DNA of 64,000 bases from a virus: positions 6,697-70,696 of IMG/VR virus record IMGVR_UViG_3300046370_000585. One strand, given 5' to 3'. Within the stretch, counting starts at the first letter, position 1, and each line of letters begins with the position of its first letter. Shown one piece after another: positions 1 to 11,000 of this stretch. The notes under the pieces were generated by a model. The model was given only the letters and a program-made list of their open reading frames with translations, ran no database searches and had not been told where the DNA came from. The position numbers were made by a program, and so were the translations under genes.

Positions 1-134
1 TTCACTACAAAGACCTCAATGGAAAATCCGTGGACGTATTTGGTTGGCACGGAGCAGACTTAGCAAAACAAATTATAGGCTTAAGCGAAAAAACGAAAAA
101 CAAGTGTAAATAAACGTGTTCACGATTTAAATAT

Positions 135-1793
135 ATGGCAAAAATACAAAAAAGCGAACTTTCATCTTTTGAAGGCACCTCTACTCTAGAAATTGATGGT
201 CAAGAAGGACTCATTAAATTAGGTGTTGTTAAAATATACAACGGAACAAATGAGAATTTAAAAATAGAAATTCAGCATAAAAACAACGGCGGAGCTTACA
301 AGACAATTAAAAAATATACAATATTGCCCGAAGAAGATTTAATGGCGGGAAATTTTGCATTCAATGATATTGATGATGGTTGGAAAGCTTTGTTTGATAC
401 CTCTGGGACTGGAGAGTACAATGTTTCATATACGCTAGTATGTGACTCTTCGTTAGAAAACAGTTATGGCTCAGGAGATACTTCAGGCTCAGGAGACACT
501 TCAGGCTCAGGAGATACTTCAGGCTCAGGAGACACTTCAGGCTCAGGAGACACTTCAGGATCAGGAGATACTTCAGGCTCAGGAGACACTTCAGGCTCAG
601 GAGACACTTCAGGCTCAGGAGGCACTTCAGGATCAGGAGATACTTCAGGATCAGGAGACACTTCAGGCTCAGGAGACACTTCAGGCTCAGGAGACACTTC
701 AGGCTCAGGAGACACTTCAGGCTCAGGAGACACTTCAGGATCAGGAGACACTTCAGGCTCAGGAGACACTTCAGGATCAGGAGACACTTCAGGCTCAGGA
801 GACACTTCAGGATCAGGAGACACTTCAGGCTCAGGAGACACTTCAGGCTCAGGAGACACTTCAGGATCAGGAGACACTTCAGGATCAGGAGACACTTCCG
901 CACAAGGACTCCAAAATATTTCCTTACAATTTAACGATGAAGGTTCTTGGCCCGCTGGCAAAAGAACTGACAGAAGCCTAATTAGCAGTGTGCCTAGCAG
1001 TATAGCGCAGTCCACACAAGGAACAATTTGCTTTTGGATAAACTTTTTAAATGATCAGGCTAACCAATACCCTGTTAGACTTTACCATTCTACTTATCCT
1101 GAATTTACTGAAATAGAATTCAGGATGAGTAGAACTTCCCTTCAGATTGAAGCAAAAACAGGAGATGGCACGGGGGGTGGAGATTATGAAGAGACGACGC
1201 AATGGAGGGTGGGCGACGGAACAACTAGTTTTACTTGGGAAAAAAATACTTGGCATCATATAGCTTTAACACAAGACGATACGCAAGCAAAACCAAAAGT
1301 GTATCTAGATGGACTTTTGGTAGAGCAAAATATTTTTAGCCCTGCAGATACCCAAGAATCTTGGGATTGGTGGTTTAATTCTTACTACAACTTACGAAAC
1401 GGAACGACAAGACAGACAATTAATCAAATAAAGTTAGGCGGTGACGGTTTTGTAGGCATGATAGATAATTTTGCAATCTGGGATACAGAACTAACAGCAG
1501 AAAACATAGAAAATATAGCTGATGGAGATCATACTTTTGATTTATCAACTTTTGGTGATCCTCAAATTTGGTGGCGAATGGGAAGAGATGATAATGTTAC
1601 AGATGGTGTTCAAACTGGCGTAACTCCTACGGCGATGGGAGATTTCGGCAACAATACGATTTCAACAATTACCGATGAAGGTGTTTCAGGAACAGACGCA
1701 ACATTAAACGGATTTACAGGAAATGTACAGTATGGAGTTCAGGGTACAATATATTATCCTTGGTTTGCTAAAAATGTAAAAACCAATTCATGA
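135..1793 (+). CDS. Putative virion/adhesin protein: Gly/Ser/Asp/Thr repeat linker plus C-terminal LamG/concanavalin A-like domain
   Basis: 552-aa ORF with (GSGDTS)x24. The C-terminal part has LamG-like hallmarks: GTICFWINF, NTWHHIALT, KVYLDG, FVGMIDNFAIWDTELT, WWRMG. Confidence 0.7.
   Translation: MAKIQKSELSSFEGTSTLEIDGQEGLIKLGVVKIYNGTNENLKIEIQHKNNGGAYKTIKKYTILPEEDLMAGNFAFNDIDDGWKALFDTSGTGEYNVSYTLVCDSSLENSYGSGDTSGSGDTSGSGDTSGSGDTSGSGDTSGSGDTSGSGDTSGSGDTSGSGGTSGSGDTSGSGDTSGSGDTSGSGDTSGSGDTSGSGDTSGSGDTSGSGDTSGSGDTSGSGDTSGSGDTSGSGDTSGSGDTSGSGDTSGSGDTSAQGLQNISLQFNDEGSWPAGKRTDRSLISSVPSSIAQSTQGTICFWINFLNDQANQYPVRLYHSTYPEFTEIEFRMSRTSLQIEAKTGDGTGGGDYEETTQWRVGDGTTSFTWEKNTWHHIALTQDDTQAKPKVYLDGLLVEQNIFSPADTQESWDWWFNSYYNLRNGTTRQTINQIKLGGDGFVGMIDNFAIWDTELTAENIENIADGDHTFDLSTFGDPQIWWRMGRDDNVTDGVQTGVTPTAMGDFGNNTISTITDEGVSGTDATLNGFTGNVQYGVQGTIYYPWFAKNVKTNS
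468..899 (+). repeat. In-frame 18-bp tandem repeat, 24 units, encoding GSGDTS
   Basis: Unit GG(C/A)TCAGGAGA(C/T)ACTTCA; 432 bp = 24 units. One GSGGTS variant; other variation is synonymous. Confidence 0.97.
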
Positions 1794-1957
1794 ATAATAG
1801 CCAAAAGAAATACGCTTCTTCAGAAAAGGGTAAGATTGCAATATCAAGAGCTAGAAAAAAATATGACGAAGAGGATTTAGAAAGAAGACGCAAGCAAAAA
1901 AGGGATTACATGCGAAGAAAAAGAGAGCAAGATCCAAATTATTGCAAGTGGAAATAA
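1790..1957 (+). CDS. Small basic hypothetical protein (55 aa, not in ORF track)
   Basis: ATG overlaps the upstream stop (ATGA). Reads MNNSQKKYASSEKGK...RRRKQKRDYMRRKREQDPNYCKWK*. Confidence 0.6.
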   Translation: MNNSQKKYASSEKGKIAISRARKKYDEEDLERRRKQKRDYMRRKREQDPNYCKWK

Positions 1958-2005
1958 AGCCTATTTTTTCTTTACTTTTTTAAATTTTTCGCATATCATA
2001 GGGCT

Positions 2006-2404
2006 ATGAATAATATAAAATATTTATTAATAGTGATGATTGCATTTCTTATTGGAGCGCAATCAAATTTTAATCAAGCTTTTGATGGAAAAATTCAACC
2101 AAAAAGTTTTTCAAGAGATTCATATAAAGTTCTAGTAGAGCATGCGAAAGGTTGTTACTTAATTGAAGTCAATAGCATTCCAGAACCTTTTGATATTGCA
2201 GGTTCGAGACCATATGTTTTATGGGTAAATGGTGAAAGATTTAACGTACCTAAACAAGACCTCAAGAATATTATTGAAAAAGTTGGTCGAGAAAACATTC
2301 CGCCAATTGACAGAAATGACATTCACAAAGGTTGGATGAGATCTTTTTTTGAAAACCCTAAAACAATTAATGATTTATTAGCAAACTCTAAACATATACA
2401 ATGA
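2006..2404 (+). CDS. Hypothetical exported protein
   Basis: N-terminal hydrophobic signal-like segment (KYLLIVMIAFLIGA); coupled to the next ORF. Confidence 0.6.
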   Translation: MNNIKYLLIVMIAFLIGAQSNFNQAFDGKIQPKSFSRDSYKVLVEHAKGCYLIEVNSIPEPFDIAGSRPYVLWVNGERFNVPKQDLKNIIEKVGRENIPPIDRNDIHKGWMRSFFENPKTINDLLANSKHIQ

Positions 2405-2820
2405 AAACAGGAATCACCTTCTCTACCTTTGACTTGCTGCATGCAGGTCATGTAATGATGCTAAAAGAGGCAAAAAGTGTTTGTGATTATTTAATTTGTG
2501 GGTTGCATGTAGATCCACAAATAGAAAGGCCTCAAAAAAATTGCCCAATACAATCCTTGCCAGAAAGATATATGCAACTTTCTTCTTTAAGTTATGTTGA
2601 TGAAATAATTCCTTATCAGTATGAGCAAGACTTATGGAATATATTAAAAAGCTACAAAATAGACATTAGAATTGTTGGGTCAGACCATAAAAATACAAAT
2701 TTTAGCGGCTTAGATATTTGTAAAGACTTAGGGATAGAAATATATTATAACAGCAGAAATCACGACTTCTCTAGCACAGAATTACGAAAAAGGATTGCAA
2801 CTTCAGAAAAAAAGAAATAA
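2401..2820 (+). CDS. Glycerol-3-phosphate cytidylyltransferase-like (TagD family)
   Basis: TFDLLHAGH (HxGH), DYLICGL, YVDEII, VGSD and RNHDFSSTELR motifs. Confidence 0.85.
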   Translation: MKTGITFSTFDLLHAGHVMMLKEAKSVCDYLICGLHVDPQIERPQKNCPIQSLPERYMQLSSLSYVDEIIPYQYEQDLWNILKSYKIDIRIVGSDHKNTNFSGLDICKDLGIEIYYNSRNHDFSSTELRKRIATSEKKK

Positions 2821-3058
2821 TGTTACCAAAAAGCGATTTATCTAAAATTATTGAGTTAAATTCCTCAATTTTAAAACTATTACCTAAAAACGATTCTATG
2901 CATGATATGTACTTCAAAATGGATAAAAGGCTAAAAGAGAGATTCGATTTATATGATAAATTTATTAAAAATCCCTACAAAGATGCTTCCCGCTCATTTA
3001 AATTAAATTCTGATAAAGAATTAGGTTTAGGCGAATATTTATCTCCAGAGGACTAGTT

Positions 3059-4390
3059 TTGACAAAAGTAATTACTTATGGAACTTTTGATATGCTACAC
3101 TCAGGGCATATTAATTTGTTAAAAAGAGCTAAAGAGCTTGGAGACTACCTAATTGTCGGAGTCACTGGAGAAGACTACGATAAACAGAGAGGCAAACTAA
3201 ATGTTGCGGAGAGCTTGCACAAAAGAATAAAAAATATAGAAGAAACAGGTTTAGCAGATGAAATTATAGTAGAAGAATACTATGGTCAAAAATTAATTGA
3301 CATCCAATCTAAGAATGTTGATATATTTGCAATAGGCTCAGACTGGGTGGATAAATTTAATTATTTAAAAGAGTACTGTAAGGTAATTTACCTTCCTCGC
3401 ACAAAAGGCGTTTCCAGCACAAAAATTAGAAACAAAAAGAATTTCATTAAAATAGGCATCATAGGCACTGGCAATATAGCATCAAGATTTGTAAAAGAAT
3501 CAAAATTTGTTTCAAATGTCGAAATTTCATGCGTTTACTCAAAAACTTTACATAGAGCTAAACTTTTTGGACAAAAACATGAAATACAAAAATCTACCAA
3601 TAATTTAGATACATTTATACAAAACGTAGATGCCGTATACATTGCGACAATTCACGAACTGCATTATATGTTTGCAAAAAAAATGCTAAATGCCTCAAAA
3701 CATGTTTTATGCGAAAAACCTCTAACTTTGAATATCGATCAATGTAAGGAACTTTGGCAATTAGCCGAAGAAAAACATCTGACTTTTTTAGAAGGGGTAA
3801 AGACAGCCTTTTGCGAAGGTTTTATTAAAATGGTAAGCTTTGCAAAAAGTGGAGTAATTGGAGATATTATGCATTTAGATTGCTCTTTCACAAAACTAAT
3901 AGAAGATAAATCCAGAAGGGAATTCATGAAAAATGGAGGAGCACATAATGAATTAATGAGTTATATGCTCTTGGCGGCAGCTAAGATTCTAGGAAAAAAT
4001 GTAAAGAAATACAAGAACTTAAGATTTTACAAAAATTCTCAAGTAGATATTTTTTCTTCTTTAAACTTGGAATACGCAAACAGTATAGCAAATCTTTATT
4101 GCGGAATAGGTGCAAAAAAGCAGGGAGATTTAATCATTTCGGGCACAAAAGGATTCATTGTCTGCAAAGCGCCTTGGTGGAAAACTAAAAATATCCAAAT
4201 TAAGTTCGAAGATTCATCTAAAGATTTTGAGTTAAATTTTGATTTTCAAGGAGATGGGCTGAGATATGAAATATCTGAATTTGCAAATTGCATATCTAAT
4301 AAAAAAACACATTCATTCAAGTTAAATAATAAAGATTCAATTTTTATCAACAGTTATATTAATTGTAATTATTCAAAGATTGATGTGTAA
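3059..4390 (+). CDS. Fusion of TagD-like cytidylyltransferase and Gfo/Idh/MocA oxidoreductase
   Basis: N-terminal YGTFDMLHSGH...RTKGVSSTKIR, followed by IGIIGTGNIA (Rossmann), DAVYIAT and KHVLCEKP. TTG start. Confidence 0.85.
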   Translation: MTKVITYGTFDMLHSGHINLLKRAKELGDYLIVGVTGEDYDKQRGKLNVAESLHKRIKNIEETGLADEIIVEEYYGQKLIDIQSKNVDIFAIGSDWVDKFNYLKEYCKVIYLPRTKGVSSTKIRNKKNFIKIGIIGTGNIASRFVKESKFVSNVEISCVYSKTLHRAKLFGQKHEIQKSTNNLDTFIQNVDAVYIATIHELHYMFAKKMLNASKHVLCEKPLTLNIDQCKELWQLAEEKHLTFLEGVKTAFCEGFIKMVSFAKSGVIGDIMHLDCSFTKLIEDKSRREFMKNGGAHNELMSYMLLAAAKILGKNVKKYKNLRFYKNSQVDIFSSLNLEYANSIANLYCGIGAKKQGDLIISGTKGFIVCKAPWWKTKNIQIKFEDSSKDFELNFDFQGDGLRYEISEFANCISNKKTHSFKLNNKDSIFINSYINCNYSKIDV

Positions 4391-4398
4391 TATATTTT

Positions 4399-5445
4399 AT
4401 GGATTCACTGTTTTTCAAGTATGTATTAGATAAATACTTTAAACCAAGATGTGATCAAAAAATCTGGAGTAAAATATCTTATTTATCTAACAAACCTCCG
4501 TTTTCTCTAAAAGATTTGGTTCAATATAATTGCTACACTCTTCTTGCAACAAAATTCAACACCCATTTTTTTGAAAAACAATATAGAATGGAAGCGAGAG
4601 AAATAATTCCTGAAGAAGCTTTTGGATACCATTCAAATGTTTTTAAATCTTTACTAGATGCTTTTTTTATAGCATCAGACTTTAATATCGAAGACTTAAA
4701 AACTTATATGTTTAATTTAAAAGGCGGAGGTTATATTTTTATAGAACTAAGTCCCGACAGCCTGATTAAATACAGAAATTTTGAAAATATTAAAGAGATT
4801 GAATTAGTAGAAAATTCTGAACATGGAATTATATTCAGAAAGCGAAAGTTAAACATTACTTACAGTAAAAACTTCTGGAGATATAAAAAAAAGTGCAGGC
4901 CAGACTGGCAACCGACCAGAAACTATAATCATTTAGCGAGATTTAATGCTGTATGTGAAAAATTTAATATAAAATATTCAGCGATAGGAGGAACAGCTTT
5001 AGGATTAGCTAGAAACGGAGGCATTATACCTTGGGATGATGATGTTGATGCTGCAACGACCCCTTATATGTGGGAATTATTAAGAAGCAAGCAGAAACAC
5101 TTTCGATGGAATGGGATGAAATATTTTTATCACCGACCAGGAAGAAAACATATTGGTGCAGTAGACCTGTTTGGATTAAGATGGTTAAATAAAAATAATT
5201 TATACACTGGACCTTTAAAAGCCTCAGTTTCTAAAGTTGAATGGGAAAATGTAGAAAAACAAATATTTGGACTTTCTCATGTATATGCCCCTCTTAATTT
5301 GCACAGAATGTTATCCGCAAGATACGGAAAGCATTATTATGATATAGCTAATGGGAAAGACGCGTTTCACGGAAGGTGCAATTTTAAAAATTTTCAATTA
5401 CTCGGAGAAGATAGGGGTTTCATTTGCACCCCTGAGCCGTATTAG
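4399..5445 (+). CDS. LicD-family nucleotidyl/phosphotransferase (C-terminal domain)
   Basis: GGTALGLARNGGIIPWDDDVD is the LicD signature; also LSARYG. Confidence 0.8.
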   Translation: MDSLFFKYVLDKYFKPRCDQKIWSKISYLSNKPPFSLKDLVQYNCYTLLATKFNTHFFEKQYRMEAREIIPEEAFGYHSNVFKSLLDAFFIASDFNIEDLKTYMFNLKGGGYIFIELSPDSLIKYRNFENIKEIELVENSEHGIIFRKRKLNITYSKNFWRYKKKCRPDWQPTRNYNHLARFNAVCEKFNIKYSAIGGTALGLARNGGIIPWDDDVDAATTPYMWELLRSKQKHFRWNGMKYFYHRPGRKHIGAVDLFGLRWLNKNNLYTGPLKASVSKVEWENVEKQIFGLSHVYAPLNLHRMLSARYGKHYYDIANGKDAFHGRCNFKNFQLLGEDRGFICTPEPY

Positions 5446-5611
5446 ACACTAGGTATTCGCCCATATGTTCGGAAAAAAAGTAAACTTGTTCCATCAGTTT
5501 AGATCTTTCTTCTCCTTTTAAAGTTTTAGCTTTTTCGTATAAATTTAATACGAAATCCGAATCTATCTTACATTCTATTTTAACTTTCTTTTCTTTTCCT
5601 TTTCTTTTCAT
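5420..5611 (-). CDS. Hypothetical protein (probable start MKRKG)
   Basis: Lies within the tracked ORF 5420..5668. ATG 5611 is 14 nt from a GTGTA motif. Confidence 0.5.
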   Translation of the reverse strand: MKRKGKEKKVKIECKIDSDFVLNLYEKAKTLKGEERSKLMEQVYFFSEHMGEYLVSNTAQGCK

Positions 5612-5670
5612 AAAAATATTTACACTTTCAATGTTGACAAATATCATTAGATATGCTAATATCATCATTA

Positions 5671-5859
5671 ATGAATTTAAGCAAAGACCAAGAAAAAGTG
5701 TTCTTAAAATGCGCAGAAGAGTTAACTGAGCTAGCTACAGTCTTACTGCAAGAAGTAAATAAAGACAAATGCAAATACAATAAAATTATTGAAGAAAAAC
5801 TTGACGTTGAAAAACAGCTTAATAAATTAAGCCAAATCCTCAATACTGGAGAAGTTTAA
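5671..5859 (+). CDS. Small MazG-like (all-alpha NTP pyrophosphohydrolase-like) protein
   Basis: EELTEL...IIEEKLDV matches the EExxE/EExxD pattern. TTGACA at 5634. Confidence 0.4.
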   Translation: MNLSKDQEKVFLKCAEELTELATVLLQEVNKDKCKYNKIIEEKLDVEKQLNKLSQILNTGEV

Positions 5860-6255
5860 TTTTTATTGATCTTTACTTTTTGAGATTTCGATATATGTAT
5901 AAAAATGATTAATTCGTTAGGAAGCTTTTTTTCGCGATATTTAGCTATGAATATGTTTCTTTAAATTTAATTTTATCATTTTTTTATATATCATAAATAT
6001 ATACACATGACACAACAAGAAAGAGAAAAAAGATTATATACTTTCAGAATTAAGTATAACTATGGAGACTACCATTCAGCTGAAGATAGTTATCATTATT
6101 ATTCAGCTTTTTCAGCAGAACAAGCTTTAGAATATCATTGTTTCATGATGGAAAGAAAGAATCTCAAATGCCAGACTTTATCAATAGAGCGTCAATGCCC
6201 ATGGACAGATGACTGGGAAGATTATAGCTCTCCTGAATTAAAAATTAATTAAGTT

Positions 6256-6822
6256 TTATTTTAAAGAAGATTTTTTAGACCAATCTGCTAATCTAATTTT
6301 TGGTAATTGAGCAGTTTCCCAAGAACGAGGCATACCGTACCAAAATAAAAATTTATCAACAGGGAAGCGGATTGTATGTCTTGTTTTTAATATTAATTCC
6401 TTACAAGTGAGCGAATCGATCATATATGCCTCACTGCCATGGCACATGCTTCCAAATCTTAAATTAACTACTGTTCGATCTTCAGGCTCAATTTGCTGAT
6501 CAGCCATCAATTTAATTACGTCATAAGGCTCGACATCATCTTCCAGTATAAGATATTTTTCATTTTTTCCAGTCAAATTATAAATTTTAAATATTTTAGC
6601 CCATACATTGTAGTGGCTTAAAAAACAGCCGTAAGCACCTTTGCATCTATTAAAATGCCTAGCGAATCTTTGATAAAGATCTACCTTAAAACCTCGCTTT
6701 TCAGCGAAACTTTCGCCTTTTTTTCTTGAATCAAAGCATGTAGATTTTTCTAAAAAATGCATGCCAACATACTTTGACCATCGAGACGGATCACAGTTAA
6801 TCATATACGCCTTGTTTATCAT
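6256..6822 (-). CDS. Glycosyltransferase family 25-like
   Basis: AYMIN, GAYGCFLSHYNVW, LILEDDV, GSEAYMI and PVD motifs. Confidence 0.8.
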   Translation of the reverse strand: MINKAYMINCDPSRWSKYVGMHFLEKSTCFDSRKKGESFAEKRGFKVDLYQRFARHFNRCKGAYGCFLSHYNVWAKIFKIYNLTGKNEKYLILEDDVEPYDVIKLMADQQIEPEDRTVVNLRFGSMCHGSEAYMIDSLTCKELILKTRHTIRFPVDKFLFWYGMPRSWETAQLPKIRLADWSKKSSLK

Positions 6823-7209
6823 ATATGATATTATATATTACACATCAATTATCTATATATTTAAACCCTAATTTTTTATAAAATTCTTTTTTTTCAAAAA
6901 CTTCCATGCTGCGAATTTGATGATTTACATATTCAGCAATTCTCATTCTTCTTTTCTCAGGCGACCCATTAACAAAAAACATAAACATAGATTCGTTTTC
7001 TAATTTATTTAACAAATAATCAAAAATGTGACGATCCACAATTTTTTTATATAGAGTTATTTTTTCTTCGTAAGTCATGCTTTCATAATACGATAGGGAG
7101 ATTAATTCAGATTGTATTTTTTCTTTGATCACAAACTTAGCTGGACGAGTAGACAAAACCCTATCATATATATAACTTATTAATACATCTCGTTGACTTC
7201 TATCAATAT

Positions 7210-7950
7210 TCATTTTACAAATTTTAAATTAAACCAGTCTAAAAAAAACTGAATATTTTTATTACCACGAGCTTGACCCTGAAATATATTCATATTGTAC
7301 TTTTTACACAATAAAGAAAGAACGCTTTGGTCCTCTCTATGAGCTTGAAAGCCTCTATTTTTTTTAAATATGCTCGTCGAGCCGCTAGAAAGATTAAGGA
7401 AAAAAGAGCAAAAATGAAGCCACATTCTTGCAAAGTCTCTATTTTGTTTGTTATTTTTCAAGAAAAACCAAGTGGCTTGCACTTGAGGAGTTTCGGTATA
7501 TTTAGGGCTATCGCAATCCATCGTAATAAATAAATCTCTTTTAGTCCAACGTTTTTCGCACATAGTATATGCGGAAGTTTCATGAAATAAATTTCCATAT
7601 TTTTCAACATAATCAAATAAAACTGAGAGATTAACATTTTTAAGATTATTATGATTAGCGTCATAATAAAATATTATATCACCTTCTTCCGAATGATTAA
7701 GCAAAGCATCAAGAACAATAAAAGGCTTCCACATCCAAAGCCCTGCCCCTCTTTTTATTCTGAAAATTGCTCGATTTTTTGATATAAAATCCCTTAAACC
7801 AGCAGAAGCTGGGCTATACGTAAGAACCTTATCTATTGAACAAGCCCCTTTTTTAACATTTGCCTCTCTTTGTTTGATTATTTTATTAAATAATTTATTT
7901 CTCCCCCAACCCGCATTTGGATGGGAGTGATACTGAACAAGTAAATTCAT
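7210..7950 (-). CDS. Putative glycosyltransferase-like protein
   Basis: RGAGLWMWKPFIV, IIFYYDA, WTKRD and HREDQSVLSLL; this pattern recurs in viral glycan-related ORFs. Confidence 0.55.
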   Translation of the reverse strand: MNLLVQYHSHPNAGWGRNKLFNKIIKQREANVKKGACSIDKVLTYSPASAGLRDFISKNRAIFRIKRGAGLWMWKPFIVLDALLNHSEEGDIIFYYDANHNNLKNVNLSVLFDYVEKYGNLFHETSAYTMCEKRWTKRDLFITMDCDSPKYTETPQVQATWFFLKNNKQNRDFARMWLHFCSFFLNLSSGSTSIFKKNRGFQAHREDQSVLSLLCKKYNMNIFQGQARGNKNIQFFLDWFNLKFVK

Positions 7951-8040
7951 TTTAGCAATCCTTTCTTTTAGTTTGTTTAATCATAAATACACAGAATTAT
8001 CTTGACTTTTTAAAGTTTTTTTGAGAACATGTATAAATAA

Positions 8041-11000
8041 ATGAAAAATGAAACAGAATTTATTAATTTAACAGAAATGTGGAAAGACGGAAAATATGTC
8101 GAAGTAGGAGATATTATTTTCAAGGAAGACTGGAGTCATTCAAGAGTAGCGGAGTTTTGCTTGTATTTTGCAAAATATTTAGGCTTGAAAGAATTAGATA
8201 TATTAGTTAGAATATTATAATATGAATAAATTAAAAAAACTTGTAATAAGGCTAGATGTACTAAACGAAGAAATAGAATTGATTGAGTCTTTAATTGAAC
8301 CACAAGATTGTGGACACTTAAAGACAACAGTCTCGGTATTAAAAGAGAGAATGAAGAAGCTTAAAGAACAAATATACGACTGGAAAGATGAATAAGCTCG
8401 ACGGGGTATGGGAAACACATGATTTCGTAATCAAACACCTTACCGAAGGGGAGGCAAAATACAACAGACTTCTTTCTGAATTGCCGATTTATGTAGAACT
8501 TTACGAAAAAGGTGGAATTAAAAAATCCGAATTGCTTGACAGCGTAGAAAAGGCAGAAAAAAACTGCAAATCGCTACTCAGCCTTTACAACAAACACTTA
8601 CAAACTATAAAAGAAATACACATCATGATTAAAAACAATGATGTACCCCCAGAAAGAGAGGTTACAGCAGAGGTTGTAGATGAATTAAAATCAACAACAC
8701 TAGACCTAATGGAAGCAATCAAACAATCTATGAAATTATTTACTTTCCTCAAAAACGAGCACCATTTATAATAAGTAAATATGGATCAAGAAAAACGGAG
8801 CATTAAATATATTGAGTTTCATATGTTTGAGACCTTTCATCCCATTTTTCTTAAAAATACTCAAGAGGCTTTTTTCTGGCATAATGATCAAGGTTTACCA
8901 AGATATGAAAGCATTATAAATAAAATTAGTTTTTTATTTCCGCCTTTTAACCCAGAAAGTAACGAATATGATAATTATAACCCTGATTTTTAAAAATGTG
9001 GAACTATAGAATAATAAAAACAAAAGACTCGTATGGACTCCACGAGGTCATGTATAACGATAATCAAGAAATTACTGGTTATGTTGAAAATCCAGAGATT
9101 ATAGGCGAGAACCCAGAGGAAATTTTACAAACGCTCAGGCTAATGCTTGATGATGTAAATAAATCATACTACAATATACTCGAGGCTGAAAAAATAAAAT
9201 TCGCACCAATGTATGACGAAAAAGATTTAAGCGAAGCAATTACTTTTGAAGAGTTTAGCAAAATGCTAGATAAGCTAGATCAATAAAAATTAGCGCAATA
9301 AGCATGTTATATCAAGCATAATCTATAGATTATCAATAAATTTATCATATAACATCAACTAATTGTAATTTTGCTTTTTATATCAAGCAAATATATTGTT
9401 TTTTCTTTACTTTGCTAAAAATATATACTATACTGATAAAGTATGAAAAATAAAGAAGGCTATTCAATAATAGAGGGAATGATCAGGCAGTCATGCGATT
9501 TGCCAATAGAACCTCCTCAGAACGAAATCACATGGGCATCTTCAGATAAGGTTAATAAATACAAAAAAGAAATTACAGAGATTCTTGATGCATTAGAAGA
9601 TATTGAAGAAGGCTGGAAAGGATCATTGCTGACAGACGAAAGTTCTTTTGGAGATTATGACATGACAAAAGAAGAGCTAGCACTATTAAGCTTTAAACTA
9701 CAAGAAGATATAAAGAATACAGATCTAATAGTTGATATCGCGGAAAAAATGAATAAGTTTTATGAAAGTAATTCTTAGTAAAATATTATATTATGTCGGA
9801 GATTTCATTAGTAAATTAATGAATTATGATTGTTTTGCTTGGCTATATCCTTTGTATAACAGAACAATGAGCTTAAGCTGCGATCTTGACAAGCATGGAA
9901 AGATATGGAAGATAGCTAAGAGGAGAAAGCTTCGTGAGTAATTATTTCCAAAAGAAGAAGAGCCCGAAATTCCGCAAAAAATCCTAAAGATCGTGATATT
10001 TTTTTTCCCACCAAGGTTTACTTTTCGCCCTTTCATCTAAATAACTTATAATTACTTCTCTTAATGCTTGACTTTCTACAGAACTTTTAATATACTTATC
10101 TAATGAAATATTTTGATGCGCAGCCCACTGACTCCATTCGTCAAACATTTTTTTTGTTATGCGTAATTTAATTTCCTTAAATTCTAACTTCTCGTCTGGA
10201 TCAATATATTTTTCAGATTCGCTCACAACTTTATTATATTAAAATATGGATAAAAGTATAACAGAAAACATTTTTTTTCAAAGAGGATACGCAAAAGGTT
10301 GGGACGACGCACAAGAAACTCTCGCAAAAGCATTTGATAAAATTTTAATTAAAGCTAAAACCGAAGCGTATGACAAAGGGCACAAAGAAGGTGCAAATCA
10401 AAAAAATAACGATCCTTGTGTTTGTGGATTTTGGGGCAAAACACACTCAAACCAATTAGTATCTGACTGGCATAATGAATGCTTAAACGAAGGAAAAGAA
10501 ACAACAGAAGAAAAACAAGAATACATGATTGTAGACTGGAATCGCCCACATGGTCACGAAAAAGTTCCATCTAAGAAAAAAATTATTTTAACAAGAGACG
10601 AGGCTTATGATTTAAATAAAATGCTAACATTAAATGGAGAAAACAAAAGATATATAAAATTATGAAAACAATACATAATACTAAAAATTGCAATTACAGA
10701 AGATTTCTTTACAAAAAATTAAAGCATGGCAGGATTAGTGGAAAGTTTTATAAGTTTATTTGCAGGAGTCACCCTTACCGAATTACAACTCGTAACATAC
10801 AATTAATTGTAAGACAAATTCTTGATGGTAAAATGACAGAAGATAAAGGTATTTGCTTACTACAACAAGACGACAGGGAGCTCAAACATCAACAAGATAT
10901 GTATAGGTCAAATGTAGAGTGTAGAAAGAAAACAGGATTGAATCAAATAAATAAATGAAAGAAAAATTAAAACTAACATATGAACTTTTTGCTTGCGTAG

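Noticed and set aside
361-1015. ORFs 361-903(-), 464-1015(-) and 466-981(+)
   Set aside because: These are shadow frames of the 18-bp repeat; the variation is synonymous in the GSGDTS frame.
9300-9395. TTATATCAAGCA direct repeat and ATCAA words
   Set aside because: Only two full copies in AT-rich DNA; I cannot distinguish this from chance.
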